From Candidatus Vogelbacteria bacterium RIFOXYD1_FULL_44_32 (GTDB lineage Bacteria > Patescibacteriota > Minisyncoccia > Phycocordibacterales > XYD1-FULL-46-19), in NCBI GenBank assembly GCA_001823065.1, contig MHTJ01000004.1:37839-101838 (forward strand): DNA of 64,000 nucleotides, written 5' to 3'. Of the stretch, positions 1 to 8,811 are shown piece by piece. Below the pieces are notes generated by a model. The model ran no database searches. It worked only from the letters and a program-made list of their open reading frames with translations, and was not told the origin of the DNA. Within the stretch, counting starts at the first letter, position 1, and every line of letters starts with the position of its first letter. Position numbers and translations under genes: made by a program.

Positions 1-783
1 GTAAAAAAACCGCTTAATATTGCGGTGGTTGGAAAATATTTTGATTCGGGTGATTTCGTTTTGTCCGATGTCTATATTTCGGTGTTGGAAGCGCTAAAAT
101 TGTCGGCCTATCACAACGGGATAAAGCCGGTTCTAACTTATATCAATTCTAAAAATATTGAAACGGGAAAAATGAAGGTGGCCGAGCTTGCCAAATACGA
201 CGGCATTTTGGTCCCGGGCGGTTTTGGGACGGCTGGTATCGAGGGGATTATTAAAGCCATTCAATATGCCCGCGAAAAAAAGATACCTTATTTTGGTTTG
301 TGCTACGGTATGCAGTTGGCAGTGATTGAATATGCGCGACATATGGCGGGTATTACCGGTGCTACTTCGCGCGAAATCAATCCTGAAGCTAAAGAATTAG
401 TGATAGATATTATGGAGGAGCAGAAAAAATTGTTGGAGAATAAAAACTATGGGGGCACGATGCGCCTCGGGGCCTATCCAGCATATTTGAAAAAGGGGAC
501 GATTGCCCGTGGTGCCTACAAAGCCGAGATGGTGTCCGAGCGCCATCGCCATCGCTATGAGGTCAACAATGCCTATGTGGAAAAATTGGAAAAGGCTGGC
601 TTGGTTTTTTCTGGTACCTCGCCGAGCGGCAAACTAATGGAGATTGCCGAACTACCAAAATCAAAACACCCATTTTTTCTTGGTACCCAATTTCATCCCG
701 AATTTACCGCTCGACCTTTTGCTCCTCACCCCTTGTTTACCGAATTTGTGAAGGCGGCTAAGGCGAGAAGTGGGAAGAAATAA
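1..783 (+). CDS. pyrG: CTP synthase, C-terminal glutamine-amidotransferase part (5'-truncated by window edge)
   Basis: Frame 1 is open from base 1 and translates ...IAVVGKYF... The ORF carries the GATase signature GLCYGMQLAVIEYARH and RHRHRYEVN. Confidence 0.85.
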   Translation, partial: VKKPLNIAVVGKYFDSGDFVLSDVYISVLEALKLSAYHNGIKPVLTYINSKNIETGKMKVAELAKYDGILVPGGFGTAGIEGIIKAIQYAREKKIPYFGLCYGMQLAVIEYARHMAGITGATSREINPEAKELVIDIMEEQKKLLENKNYGGTMRLGAYPAYLKKGTIARGAYKAEMVSERHRHRYEVNNAYVEKLEKAGLVFSGTSPSGKLMEIAELPKSKHPFFLGTQFHPEFTARPFAPHPLFTEFVKAAKARSGKK

Positions 784-796
784 TTCAGACAATAAA

Positions 797-826
797 TCAG
801 GCCGCGCTCCGCGCGGCCTGATTTAT
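797..826 (+). terminator. Rho-independent terminator after pyrG
   Basis: Perfect hairpin tcaggccgcgc-tcc-gcgcggcctga followed by a weak T tract (atttatcc). Confidence 0.6.
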
Positions 827-876
827 CCTAGTCAAATCATCATTTTTTTGTTAAAACTATAGGGTATTTACGATTT

Positions 877-947
877 TGCCAGATCGTCTAATGGTAGGAC
901 TTCGCCCTCTGAAGGCGAGTATCTTGGTTCGAATCCAAGTCTGGCAG
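877..947 (+). tRNA. tRNA-Gln (anticodon CUG)
   Basis: Cloverleaf folded by hand: acceptor TGCCAGA/TCTGGCA, U8, D stem GTCT/GGAC. Anticodon stem TCGCC/GGCGA with loop CT-CTG-AA. T arm CTTGG-TTCGAAT-CCAAG. U1:A72 pair and G73 discriminator match Gln identity; no encoded CCA. Confidence 0.8.
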
Positions 948-949
948 CT

Positions 950-1190
950 AGGAGTTTTTGGTAAAAAACGACGAGACAGCTAGACTTGGATTTGAACGGG
1001 AAAGGGGTCGGGGAAACGGGAGTTTCCCCGTGGTGGAGGCAGCGAAGCGTTGGAACCGCAAGGTGCCAAAGCGCAGTCCGCTTTCGGGCGGACGAGCAGG
1101 GGAGGTTCCAAGTCCCGCAGCTTTGCACCGAAAAATCAGAAATAGGGCCTTCTCAGGGGCAGTGGTAACAGTTGGAAAGTTCGGGATTAT
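950..1190. ncRNA. Candidate structured non-coding RNA downstream of tRNA-Gln (unassigned family)
   Basis: A ~240 nt GC-rich stretch in an otherwise AT-rich intergenic region, with no consistent ORF on either strand. It has a perfect hairpin ggggaaac-GGGA-gtttcccc (GNRA loop), a hairpin gtccgc-tttcgg-gcggac and further paired segments. Strand and class are unknown. Confidence 0.3.
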
Positions 1191-1243
1191 TTGACGAAAA
1201 GAAGCTTTAAACAAAAATCAGAAGTAGTGCTAAACTATAGCCA

Positions 1244-1672
1244 ATGACCGAAGTCACTAAAAACCCGCGAGTGGGTGTGGGAGTATTTGTCTTTAAGAGT
1301 GGTAAGTTTTTAATGGGCAAGAGGTTGGGCTCGCATGGGGAGGGGAGCTGGTCAGTGCCGGGTGGGCATTTGGAATTTAGTGAATCTTTTGCCGACACAG
1401 CCAAACGAGAAGTGCTAGAAGAGACGGGCCTGAAAATAAAAAATATTAGATTTGGAGCCGTAACAAATGATTATTTTAAAGATGAAAATAAACATTATGT
1501 GACAGTGTGGATGGTCTCTGATTATGAAAGTGGCGAAGCCACTATATTAGAGCCAGACAAGTATGTAGAACAAGATTGGTTTGATTTTAATAATCTACCG
1601 GCACCTCTTTTTCTGCCATGGGAACAACTGCTAAAGTCGGAGTTTATAAATAATATAAGAAAGCAAAACTGA
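1244..1672 (+). CDS. NUDIX hydrolase
   Basis: Nudix box GGHLEFSESFADTAKREVLEETGL (Gx5Ex7REUxEExGU). The start codon lies 9 nt after a TGcTAAACT extended -10, so the mRNA is probably leaderless. Confidence 0.8.
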   Translation: MTEVTKNPRVGVGVFVFKSGKFLMGKRLGSHGEGSWSVPGGHLEFSESFADTAKREVLEETGLKIKNIRFGAVTNDYFKDENKHYVTVWMVSDYESGEATILEPDKYVEQDWFDFNNLPAPLFLPWEQLLKSEFINNIRKQN

Positions 1673-1704
1673 AATATATTACCTAGAAGTTTGTATTATG
1701 TATA

Positions 1705-2247
1705 TTGAAGAATAATATAAATTCAATATATTTTATGAAACCATATATTCCAGCGGTATTTATTTTAGGTTTAGTTTTGGTTTCCATTGGTGGTTTTGGT
1801 TATTATCAAAGTGTTAATTTGGCCACTAGTGACAATGGTGCCGAGGTGGTGGTAGCCGATAAGGGTGGCGATCAAACTCCTACCCCAGTGGTGGCAAAGC
1901 CCACTCCGGCACCAAAACCAGTATCCACTCCAGCGCCGACCCCAAAACTTGTGCCTACACCGGTCCCAACTCCAACCCCCGTGGTTCCTGCTCCTATTCC
2001 TACCCCAACTCCTACCCCGTCTGGCTACACTTTAGCTGATGTTTCTATTCACGGTGGTCGTGGCTCTTGCTGGACAGCAATAAATGGTCAGGTTTATGAT
2101 ATTACTAGTTATATCAATCAGCACCCGGGTGGCTCGGCTATTTTGCGGGGGTGTGGGGTCGATGGTACCCATCTCTTTAATGGGGTCGGGGCGCATCGTG
2201 GAACAATTGGTCAGCTTTCTTCATATATTATCGGTAATTTGATTTGA
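1705..2247 (+). CDS. Membrane-anchored cytochrome b5-like heme-binding domain protein with Pro/Thr-rich linker
   Basis: N-terminal transmembrane helix, PTPxP low-complexity linker and a C-terminal b5-like domain with the HPGG motif (VYDITSYINQHPGGSAIL). Confidence 0.65.
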   Translation: MKNNINSIYFMKPYIPAVFILGLVLVSIGGFGYYQSVNLATSDNGAEVVVADKGGDQTPTPVVAKPTPAPKPVSTPAPTPKLVPTPVPTPTPVVPAPIPTPTPTPSGYTLADVSIHGGRGSCWTAINGQVYDITSYINQHPGGSAILRGCGVDGTHLFNGVGAHRGTIGQLSSYIIGNLI

Positions 2248-3539
2248 TGAATAAGACGGTTTTGTATTTAGTGTTAGTTGTAAATTTTATTGTGACTGGT
2301 TTTTTCTGGTGGGCGGGTTCTAGTGAATTGTTTGGTTTGGGTGGCGAGGGGGCACTTAAAGCCTTCGGTCGACTATTTGGTTTAATTGGTCAACTGCTAA
2401 TTTTGTTAGAGTTGGCTTTGGTCAGCCGTGTTCCCTTTATTGAAAAAGCAATCAGTCTCGATCGACGGGTCCAGCTCCACCGCTTTGTGGGTTATGGTAT
2501 TTTGTCGGCCTTTCTGATGCATCCACTTTTACTATCTTTTGGTTATGATGGTGGGGCGGGGGCGACGAACCAGTTTGTGAGTTTTATTTTAAATTGGGAA
2601 GATATTTTTAATGCCTTGGTGGCATTGGTAATTTTTATTTTTGTCATCATTATTTCCATCCCAGTGGTCCGGCGGAAGTTGCGCTACGACACTTGGTATT
2701 TTATGCATCTTCTGATGTATGTTGCTTTGTTTTTGTCATTTGGTCACCAAACTAAATCAGGCGACTTGGTGGCTGGTCCAGCTTTGTATTATTGGCTTGG
2801 TTTAAACTTCGCTGTTATTGGTTTGTTTTTAGCTTACCGGCTATTGCATCCAATTTATCTTTATTATCAACATCGTTTTGTGGTCGATGAAGTGGTGGCC
2901 GAGGGGCCAAATATTTGTTCGGTTTATATTAAAGGGCAAAATTTAGCCAGTTTTAAATATGAAGCAGGGCAATTTGCCAGCCTTATTTTTCTAGCGCGCG
3001 GACTGTGGTATCACCACCCGTTTTCTTTTTCTTTGCCCCCAGGCGGGGACCGTCTCCGTTTTACCATGAAGGCGCTGGGTGATTTTACAGTTCAAGCCGA
3101 TAAACTAAAACCGGGGACTAAAGTGTTGATTGATGGTCCGTTTGGCCACTTCACCACTATTTTTGGCTATAATACTAAATATTTACTAGTGGCTGGGGGG
3201 ATTGGGATTACCCCGATTCGTTCGCTCTTAGAAAAATTAAGGAAACAAAATAAAGATGTAAAATTTATTTACGGTGCTAAAACCGAGGCGGAGTTGGCAT
3301 TAAAATCAGAAATAGATCAGTTGGGGGCCAGTGGTGAATATGTTTTGTCGCAAGAAAAGAAAACTGGTTTTGGCGAGGGGATTATTGATTTACCTAAAAT
3401 TAAAAATTTAGCCCCCGATTTTCTGGAGCGAGATATTTATATTTGTGGGCCACACCTGATGACCAAAAACTTGCGTCAGAGTTTGGCCCTAGCTGGTGTG
3501 CCTAAAAATCAGATTCACTTTGAGGAGTTTAGTTTTTAG
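2244..3539 (+). CDS. Ferric-reductase/NOX-like transmembrane heme + FAD/NAD(P)-binding oxidoreductase
   Basis: Six-helix transmembrane N-terminus with conserved His residues. FAD-binding HPFSFS motif and NAD-binding LLVAGGIGITP. The start overlaps the upstream stop (ATGA), implying an operon with the b5 gene. Confidence 0.7.
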   Translation: MMNKTVLYLVLVVNFIVTGFFWWAGSSELFGLGGEGALKAFGRLFGLIGQLLILLELALVSRVPFIEKAISLDRRVQLHRFVGYGILSAFLMHPLLLSFGYDGGAGATNQFVSFILNWEDIFNALVALVIFIFVIIISIPVVRRKLRYDTWYFMHLLMYVALFLSFGHQTKSGDLVAGPALYYWLGLNFAVIGLFLAYRLLHPIYLYYQHRFVVDEVVAEGPNICSVYIKGQNLASFKYEAGQFASLIFLARGLWYHHPFSFSLPPGGDRLRFTMKALGDFTVQADKLKPGTKVLIDGPFGHFTTIFGYNTKYLLVAGGIGITPIRSLLEKLRKQNKDVKFIYGAKTEAELALKSEIDQLGASGEYVLSQEKKTGFGEGIIDLPKIKNLAPDFLERDIYICGPHLMTKNLRQSLALAGVPKNQIHFEEFSF

Positions 3540-3604
3540 GTGGCTCTAAATATAGTTGAAGTTGCTATTTTGACGATGGTCTTTAGGTGTGTTATACTTG
3601 GCAG

Positions 3605-5113
3605 ATGACCGAAATTCCCATCAAAATCTTAAAAGAACGTTTGGTGGAGATTTCTCACCTTACTTCTATTCTCAATCTCCTCGAGTGGGATCAAGAAGTA
3701 AATATGCCCCGCAAAGCCGGTGACGCGCGCGCCGAGGCCTTTGCTCACCTGGCGGGGATTATTCACAGTAAAATCCTTGCTTTAAACGAGGGGGGACATT
3801 TGGTCCAGCTTAAAAAATTATTTGATAGCGGAAAAATTAGTGGTGGTAATGGGGTAATTGTGAACGAAACTTGGCGGACCTATGACCGTGAAAAAAAGTT
3901 GCCGGCCAGTTTTGTGCAGGAACTAGCGACAACTATTTCCAAAGCCCAAGGGGTATGGGCTGAAGCCCGTACCAAAAATGATTTTGCAATTTTTCTACCT
4001 CATCTTGAAAAAATAGTGAAACTGAAAAAACAAGAAGCCGAGCTGGTGGGCTATACCGCTTCACCTTATGATGCCCTGCTCGATGCCTACGAGCCAGGGA
4101 TAGACACCGCGACGTTTTCAGCAATATTGTTGGACCTTAAAGAGTTTCTGGTACCATTTTTGAAGCGGATTAAAGAGTCGACGGTAAAAATAAAACCCGA
4201 GCGGGTGAAAGGGCGGTTTAAACTGCATCAGCAAATTATATTTAATGAATTAGTGTTAAATCAAATTGGTTTTGATTTAGAAGCGGGCCGGCTCGATGCC
4301 AGTGTACACCCCTTTTCGAGTGGTTTTCATCCGTATGACGTGCGCCTCACCACTCGGTATAAAGAAAATGATGTTTTGTATTCTTTGGGCTCGACTATTC
4401 ATGAAGCGGGGCACGGTTTGTATGAGCAGGGCTTGCCGGTGGAACACTTTGGCACACCGCTGGCCGAGACAGTGTCGCTTGGTATTCACGAATCGCAGTC
4501 ACGCTTGTGGGAAAATCAGATTGGTAAGAGTCGGCCGTTTTGGAAATTTTTTTATCCGAAATTACAACAGGCTTTCTCTAAACCGTTTCAGAATATTTTA
4601 CCAGCTGAATTTTATCAGATTATCAATCGGGTTCAGCCGTCACTTATTCGCACCGAGGCCGACGAGGTGACTTATAATCTGCATATTATTTTACGGTTTG
4701 AAATTGAAAAAGATTTAATTGAAGGCAAGATCAAAGCCAAAGATTTGCCGGCGCTTTGGCGAGCTAAAATGAAAGAATATTTAGATATTGAGGTCCCGTC
4801 CGATACTTTAGGTGTTTTACAAGATGTGCACTGGTCAGCTGGGTTGTTTGGCTACTTTCCGACCTATAGTTTTGGCAATTTATACGCGGCGCAGTTTTAT
4901 GCCAAAATGGAGAAAGACATTCCTAACTTAGACCGTAAAATCGCCATCGGCGATTTTACGGTGGTCATCGAGTGGCTCCGGCGCCATATTCACCTGACCG
5001 GCAAAACTGACACCGCTAGTGACTTGGTCAAAAAAGTGACCGGCGAGGCCCTTGATCCCAAATATTTCAACCAATATTTAGAAGAAAAATATAGTGAGAT
5101 TTATAATCTTTAA
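3605..5113 (+). CDS. Carboxypeptidase Taq-like M32 metallopeptidase
   Basis: HESQSRLWEN and HEAGHGLYE (HExxH) motifs characteristic of family M32. The start is taken at MTEIP, 7 nt after a TATACT box. Confidence 0.8.
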   Translation: MTEIPIKILKERLVEISHLTSILNLLEWDQEVNMPRKAGDARAEAFAHLAGIIHSKILALNEGGHLVQLKKLFDSGKISGGNGVIVNETWRTYDREKKLPASFVQELATTISKAQGVWAEARTKNDFAIFLPHLEKIVKLKKQEAELVGYTASPYDALLDAYEPGIDTATFSAILLDLKEFLVPFLKRIKESTVKIKPERVKGRFKLHQQIIFNELVLNQIGFDLEAGRLDASVHPFSSGFHPYDVRLTTRYKENDVLYSLGSTIHEAGHGLYEQGLPVEHFGTPLAETVSLGIHESQSRLWENQIGKSRPFWKFFYPKLQQAFSKPFQNILPAEFYQIINRVQPSLIRTEADEVTYNLHIILRFEIEKDLIEGKIKAKDLPALWRAKMKEYLDIEVPSDTLGVLQDVHWSAGLFGYFPTYSFGNLYAAQFYAKMEKDIPNLDRKIAIGDFTVVIEWLRRHIHLTGKTDTASDLVKKVTGEALDPKYFNQYLEEKYSEIYNL

Positions 5114-5137
5114 CTAATTATTAATTTACCGCATCTT

Positions 5138-6385
5138 ATGGCTGAAGTGAAAATATACGACCTGATTGTGATCGGCGGTGGGGCGTCGGGGATGATGGCG
5201 GCTGGCCGAGCGGCCGAGCGCGGTAAAAGTGTTTTGTTGCTGGAAAAAAATAAAAAATTAGGCGAAAAACTAAAGATTACCGGTGGTGGGCGGTGTAATA
5301 TTACCAATGCCGAAGAAGACGAACATATTTTACTAAAAAAGTATGGTTTGGCCGAACCATTTTTATATTCGACTTTTGCTCAGTTTGGAGTAAGCGACAC
5401 TTTCAAATTTTTCGAGCGACATGGCTTACCGCTGGTGGTACAAGCTGGTCAGCGGGTTTTTCCCCAGACAGAAAAAGCGGACGATGTTTTTAAAGTACTC
5501 GAAAAATATCTCACCACCGGTAAGGTAGTGGTCAAAGTTGGCCAGCCGGTGACGGCTATAACCAAAGAGGGGAATAAAATAAAAAATGTCGTGGTTGGGC
5601 AAACAGAATATTCAGCTTTGCATTATATTTTGGCCACTGGTGGTGTCTCGCATCCGGCCACCGGCTCGACTGGTGATGGTTTCACTTGGCTAGCCAAGCT
5701 GGGACATACTGTCATCCCACCGTCACCGACCATTGTGCCGCTTTCGGTTTCAGACCAGTGGGTGAAAAGTTCGGCGGGCGTAACTTTAGTGGATATGAAA
5801 ATTACTTTTTATGTGGACGGCGTTAAAAAATTTAACAAGCGAGGGTCACTTTTATTTACTCATTTTGGTTTGTCTGGTCCGCTAATTTTAAATAGTGCTA
5901 AAAAAGTGAGCGATCTTTTGCATGAGGGGGTAGTGACGGCCACGATTGATCTTTTTCCCACTCTTGATTTGGGTGAACTAGAGAAAAAAGTGGTAGCAAT
6001 TTTTGATAATAATAAAAATAAAAGTTTTAAAAATGTGTTGAAAGATATTTTGCCAGCTGGTTTAGCCTCTAGTTTACTGGGTGCAAAAATTTTAGCCATT
6101 GAGGCCGACAAAAAAATGCACAGTGTGACCAAAGAGGAAAGGAAAGCACTGGTTCGTCAATTAAAATTTTTACCGTTAACTATCACGGGGCTAATGGGTT
6201 TGGATCGAGCGGTGGTGGCCGATGGCGGGGTGTCACTGGCGGAAATTGATATGCGCACGATGCAGTCTAAAATTATTAACAACTTGTCGCTGACTGGTGA
6301 CTTGTTGCACATTACCCGCCCATCTGGTGGCTATTCGCTCCAGCTTTGCTGGACCACCGGCTATGTGGCGGGGAGTAATAACTAG
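5138..6385 (+). CDS. HI0933/YhiN-family FAD-dependent flavoprotein (aminoacetone-oxidase family)
   Basis: N-terminal dinucleotide-binding motif DLIVIGGGASGMMAAGRAA followed by ITGGGRCNITN. Confidence 0.75.
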   Translation: MAEVKIYDLIVIGGGASGMMAAGRAAERGKSVLLLEKNKKLGEKLKITGGGRCNITNAEEDEHILLKKYGLAEPFLYSTFAQFGVSDTFKFFERHGLPLVVQAGQRVFPQTEKADDVFKVLEKYLTTGKVVVKVGQPVTAITKEGNKIKNVVVGQTEYSALHYILATGGVSHPATGSTGDGFTWLAKLGHTVIPPSPTIVPLSVSDQWVKSSAGVTLVDMKITFYVDGVKKFNKRGSLLFTHFGLSGPLILNSAKKVSDLLHEGVVTATIDLFPTLDLGELEKKVVAIFDNNKNKSFKNVLKDILPAGLASSLLGAKILAIEADKKMHSVTKEERKALVRQLKFLPLTITGLMGLDRAVVADGGVSLAEIDMRTMQSKIINNLSLTGDLLHITRPSGGYSLQLCWTTGYVAGSNN

Positions 6386-6426
6386 TTTTGTAGCTTTACT
6401 AGTTAAATTGATCTAAAATTATAACT

Positions 6427-6783
6427 ATGGAAAAAATACCAACAAATGAAATGAATAATGGGGAGGGAGGAATAGAAAAAGTAGAAACTAAAGTTGAAAA
6501 AGCCGATTTAATTAAAGCCTTAGCGGAGAAAGGATTGTCTGACCCAGAGACCCAGGAAATGCTTACCCGCTGGACCGAGGAGCAAGAAAAATATGTCGAG
6601 AGCCAACCTCGACCAGATGCAGAAATTAAATTTAATATTGATCGGGCTGATTTGTATATAGCTCTAAATGATGTAACAGGGGCGCTTGAATGTTTGGAAG
6701 ATGCTCGTGTACAAGCGTCTCAAGAAAGTCGAGATGACTTATACAATCAAATCTGTGACAAGATGGATGAAATAGAAAAGTAA
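6427..6783 (+). CDS. Hypothetical acidic protein
   Basis: Clean ORF in an intergenic gap with no recognisable motif. Confidence 0.45.
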   Translation: MEKIPTNEMNNGEGGIEKVETKVEKADLIKALAEKGLSDPETQEMLTRWTEEQEKYVESQPRPDAEIKFNIDRADLYIALNDVTGALECLEDARVQASQESRDDLYNQICDKMDEIEK

Positions 6784-6847
6784 AAAATAAAATATTTCGG
6801 ACCAGAGAGTATTTTTAAAAGTAAAAACCGTGTTATAATAGCGCCTC

Positions 6848-8305
6848 ATGGTAAACGACGGCTCCATTGTGCGTTTCGAAGGCGTGTTTTTTGAACACGG
6901 CCCCAACAAACCCATTCTCAAAGATGTGGGTTTTTCGGTTCGGCGGGGGGCCAAAGTTACCCTTATGGGTCAAAACGGGGCTGGTAAAAGCACTATCTTT
7001 GGTCTAATCACGGGGGCACTAACACCCGATAGTGGTGAGATAAATATCGCGACTCGTCTGACTATTGCCACGGCTCGCCAAGTTTTTCCGCGTGCGGAGC
7101 TAGACCTCACCTTGCGCGAGTTTTTTCAAAAACAATTTAAGGAAAAAATATATGATATAGACCCACGGATTGAGGCCGTACTAGAAGCGGTCAACCTCGA
7201 GGCTGACCACGACCGCCTAGTACGGTCCTTTTCTGGTGGCCAGCAAGCGCGACTTCTGCTCGCCTCGGCCCTTATCCAAGATCCCGACCTTTTGCTTTTA
7301 GATGAGCCGACAAATAATCTCGACCGAGCGGGGATCGAGCATCTCACCAATTTTTTGGTGAACTATAAAAAATCTTGCATTGTTATTTCCCATGATGCCG
7401 ACTTTTTAAATTCATTTACTCACGGCGTGCTTTATCTCGATGTTTATACCCATCAGATTGAGCAATATGTGGGTGACTATTTCGATGTGATGAAAGAAAT
7501 CAGTGTCCGGATTGAGAAAGAAAATATGAAGAACGCCCAACTAGCGAAGGAGGTGCAGGCCAACAAAGACAAAGCCAACTTTTTTGCCCAAAAGGGTGGC
7601 CGGATGCGCGTGGTGGCGAAAAAAATGCGAACTAAAGCCGAGGAGCTTGAAGAAGCCAAAGTTGATGTGCGCAAAGAAGACCGCACTATTCGGCCGTTTA
7701 CTATTCCCGCTCAACCTCCAGAGGAGCTGGCCGGTGAGGTCCTGGGTTTGACGGCTTATACTATTGTTAAAAAAAGTAAAACGGTTGATAAAAAAACTAA
7801 AATTTCTTTGCGCAAAAATCAGCATCTACTTTTGGCGGGGCCTAATGGGATTGGCAAAAGTACTCTGCTCGAGAAAATTGCGACTGGTACGGCTTATGGG
7901 GCGACGATTGCGCCCCAAGTAAAAGTGGGTTACTACCGTCAAGATTTTTCGACACTCAATTTTGAGGATACAGTTTTTCGGTCACTAATGTCGGCCATGG
8001 TTAAACCCGATGAAGAACATATGCGAGCAGTCGCTGCCGGGTTTCTTATTCGGGGCGAACTAATTGATACTAAAATTGGTCATTTGTCCGAAGGACAAAA
8101 GGGGTTAGTGGCTTTTGCTCGTTTGGTGCTAGAGCGGCCAGGACTTCTTATTTTAGATGAACCGACCAATCATATTAACTTTCGCCACTTGCCGGTGATT
8201 GCCAAGGCTTTAAGCCAATACGAAGGGGCGATGATTTTAGTAAGTCATGTGCCCGAGTTTGTGGCGCAGATAAGGATTGATGAGGTGTTGGATTTGGAAA
8301 AATAG
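6848..8305 (+). CDS. ABC-F family tandem-ATPase protein (no transmembrane domain)
   Basis: Two ABC cassettes: GQNGAGKST...LSGGQQARLLLA...LLLDEPTNNLD and GPNGIGKST...LSEGQKGLVAFA...LILDEPTNH. The start is leaderless-like, 9 nt after TGTTATAAT. Confidence 0.8.
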   Translation: MVNDGSIVRFEGVFFEHGPNKPILKDVGFSVRRGAKVTLMGQNGAGKSTIFGLITGALTPDSGEINIATRLTIATARQVFPRAELDLTLREFFQKQFKEKIYDIDPRIEAVLEAVNLEADHDRLVRSFSGGQQARLLLASALIQDPDLLLLDEPTNNLDRAGIEHLTNFLVNYKKSCIVISHDADFLNSFTHGVLYLDVYTHQIEQYVGDYFDVMKEISVRIEKENMKNAQLAKEVQANKDKANFFAQKGGRMRVVAKKMRTKAEELEEAKVDVRKEDRTIRPFTIPAQPPEELAGEVLGLTAYTIVKKSKTVDKKTKISLRKNQHLLLAGPNGIGKSTLLEKIATGTAYGATIAPQVKVGYYRQDFSTLNFEDTVFRSLMSAMVKPDEEHMRAVAAGFLIRGELIDTKIGHLSEGQKGLVAFARLVLERPGLLILDEPTNHINFRHLPVIAKALSQYEGAMILVSHVPEFVAQIRIDEVLDLEK

Positions 8306-8312
8306 GACGCTC

Positions 8313-8439
8313 GGAAATGTTTTTCGGCGAGCACACATAATTTTCTGCTGAAAATTTGCTCTGCTCGGGCCGCCCGCCTGCCATGCGAGGCACGAGCGGG
8401 CAGGTCGCCCTTGCGCAAGGCTCGGCGAAAAACATTTCC
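8313..8439. repeat. Structured intergenic repeat, family A copy 1 (conserved core enclosed by 20-bp inverted arms)
   Basis: Arms ggaaatgtttttcggcgagc (8313-8332) and gctcggcgaaaaacatttcc (8420-8439) enclose the core cacacataattttctgctgaaaatttgctctgctcgggccg...tcgcccttgcgcaagg. The same core is found at 17191-17250. Confidence 0.7.
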
Positions 8440-8811
8440 TCGCTTAGTTGGAATAGAAACTTATTTGACTCAAACAGATGAAGTTTCCTGTTCGTCTCAT
8501 TGATTTTTAAACTAGCTCCCACGAAAGCGCCAAAAGGTGAGGGTTCGTTGGGGTGATGGGAAGAAGGGGGGGATTAAATACAGTTAATGAAAAGGCCACC
8601 AACCCCCCAAAAAACGCCCTAGACCGGACGTTTTTTGGAGGCAAAATTACCTTGACAAAACAGCATTTTATGTGCTAGGAATGGGTGGTACTTTTGATCG
8701 TTGAAATAACTCCGACCAGCCTATCGCTGGGCGGAGAACCATATAGATAGAAGAAGGGAAGAAGGAAAGAAACAAAGTTTTCGCCGTGAGGCTAAAACAG
8801 GAGGAAGCGTC

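Noticed and set aside
948-1214. ORFs of 78, 88, 86 and 60 aa on both strands across the region downstream of tRNA-Gln
   Set aside because: They overlap one another, lack start signals and have no protein-like composition. The region looks like a structured RNA instead.
3587-3604. Earlier ATG start (MCYTWQ) for the M32 peptidase
   Set aside because: A TATACT box lies within it. MTEIP at 3605 fits the leaderless pattern seen at many other genes.
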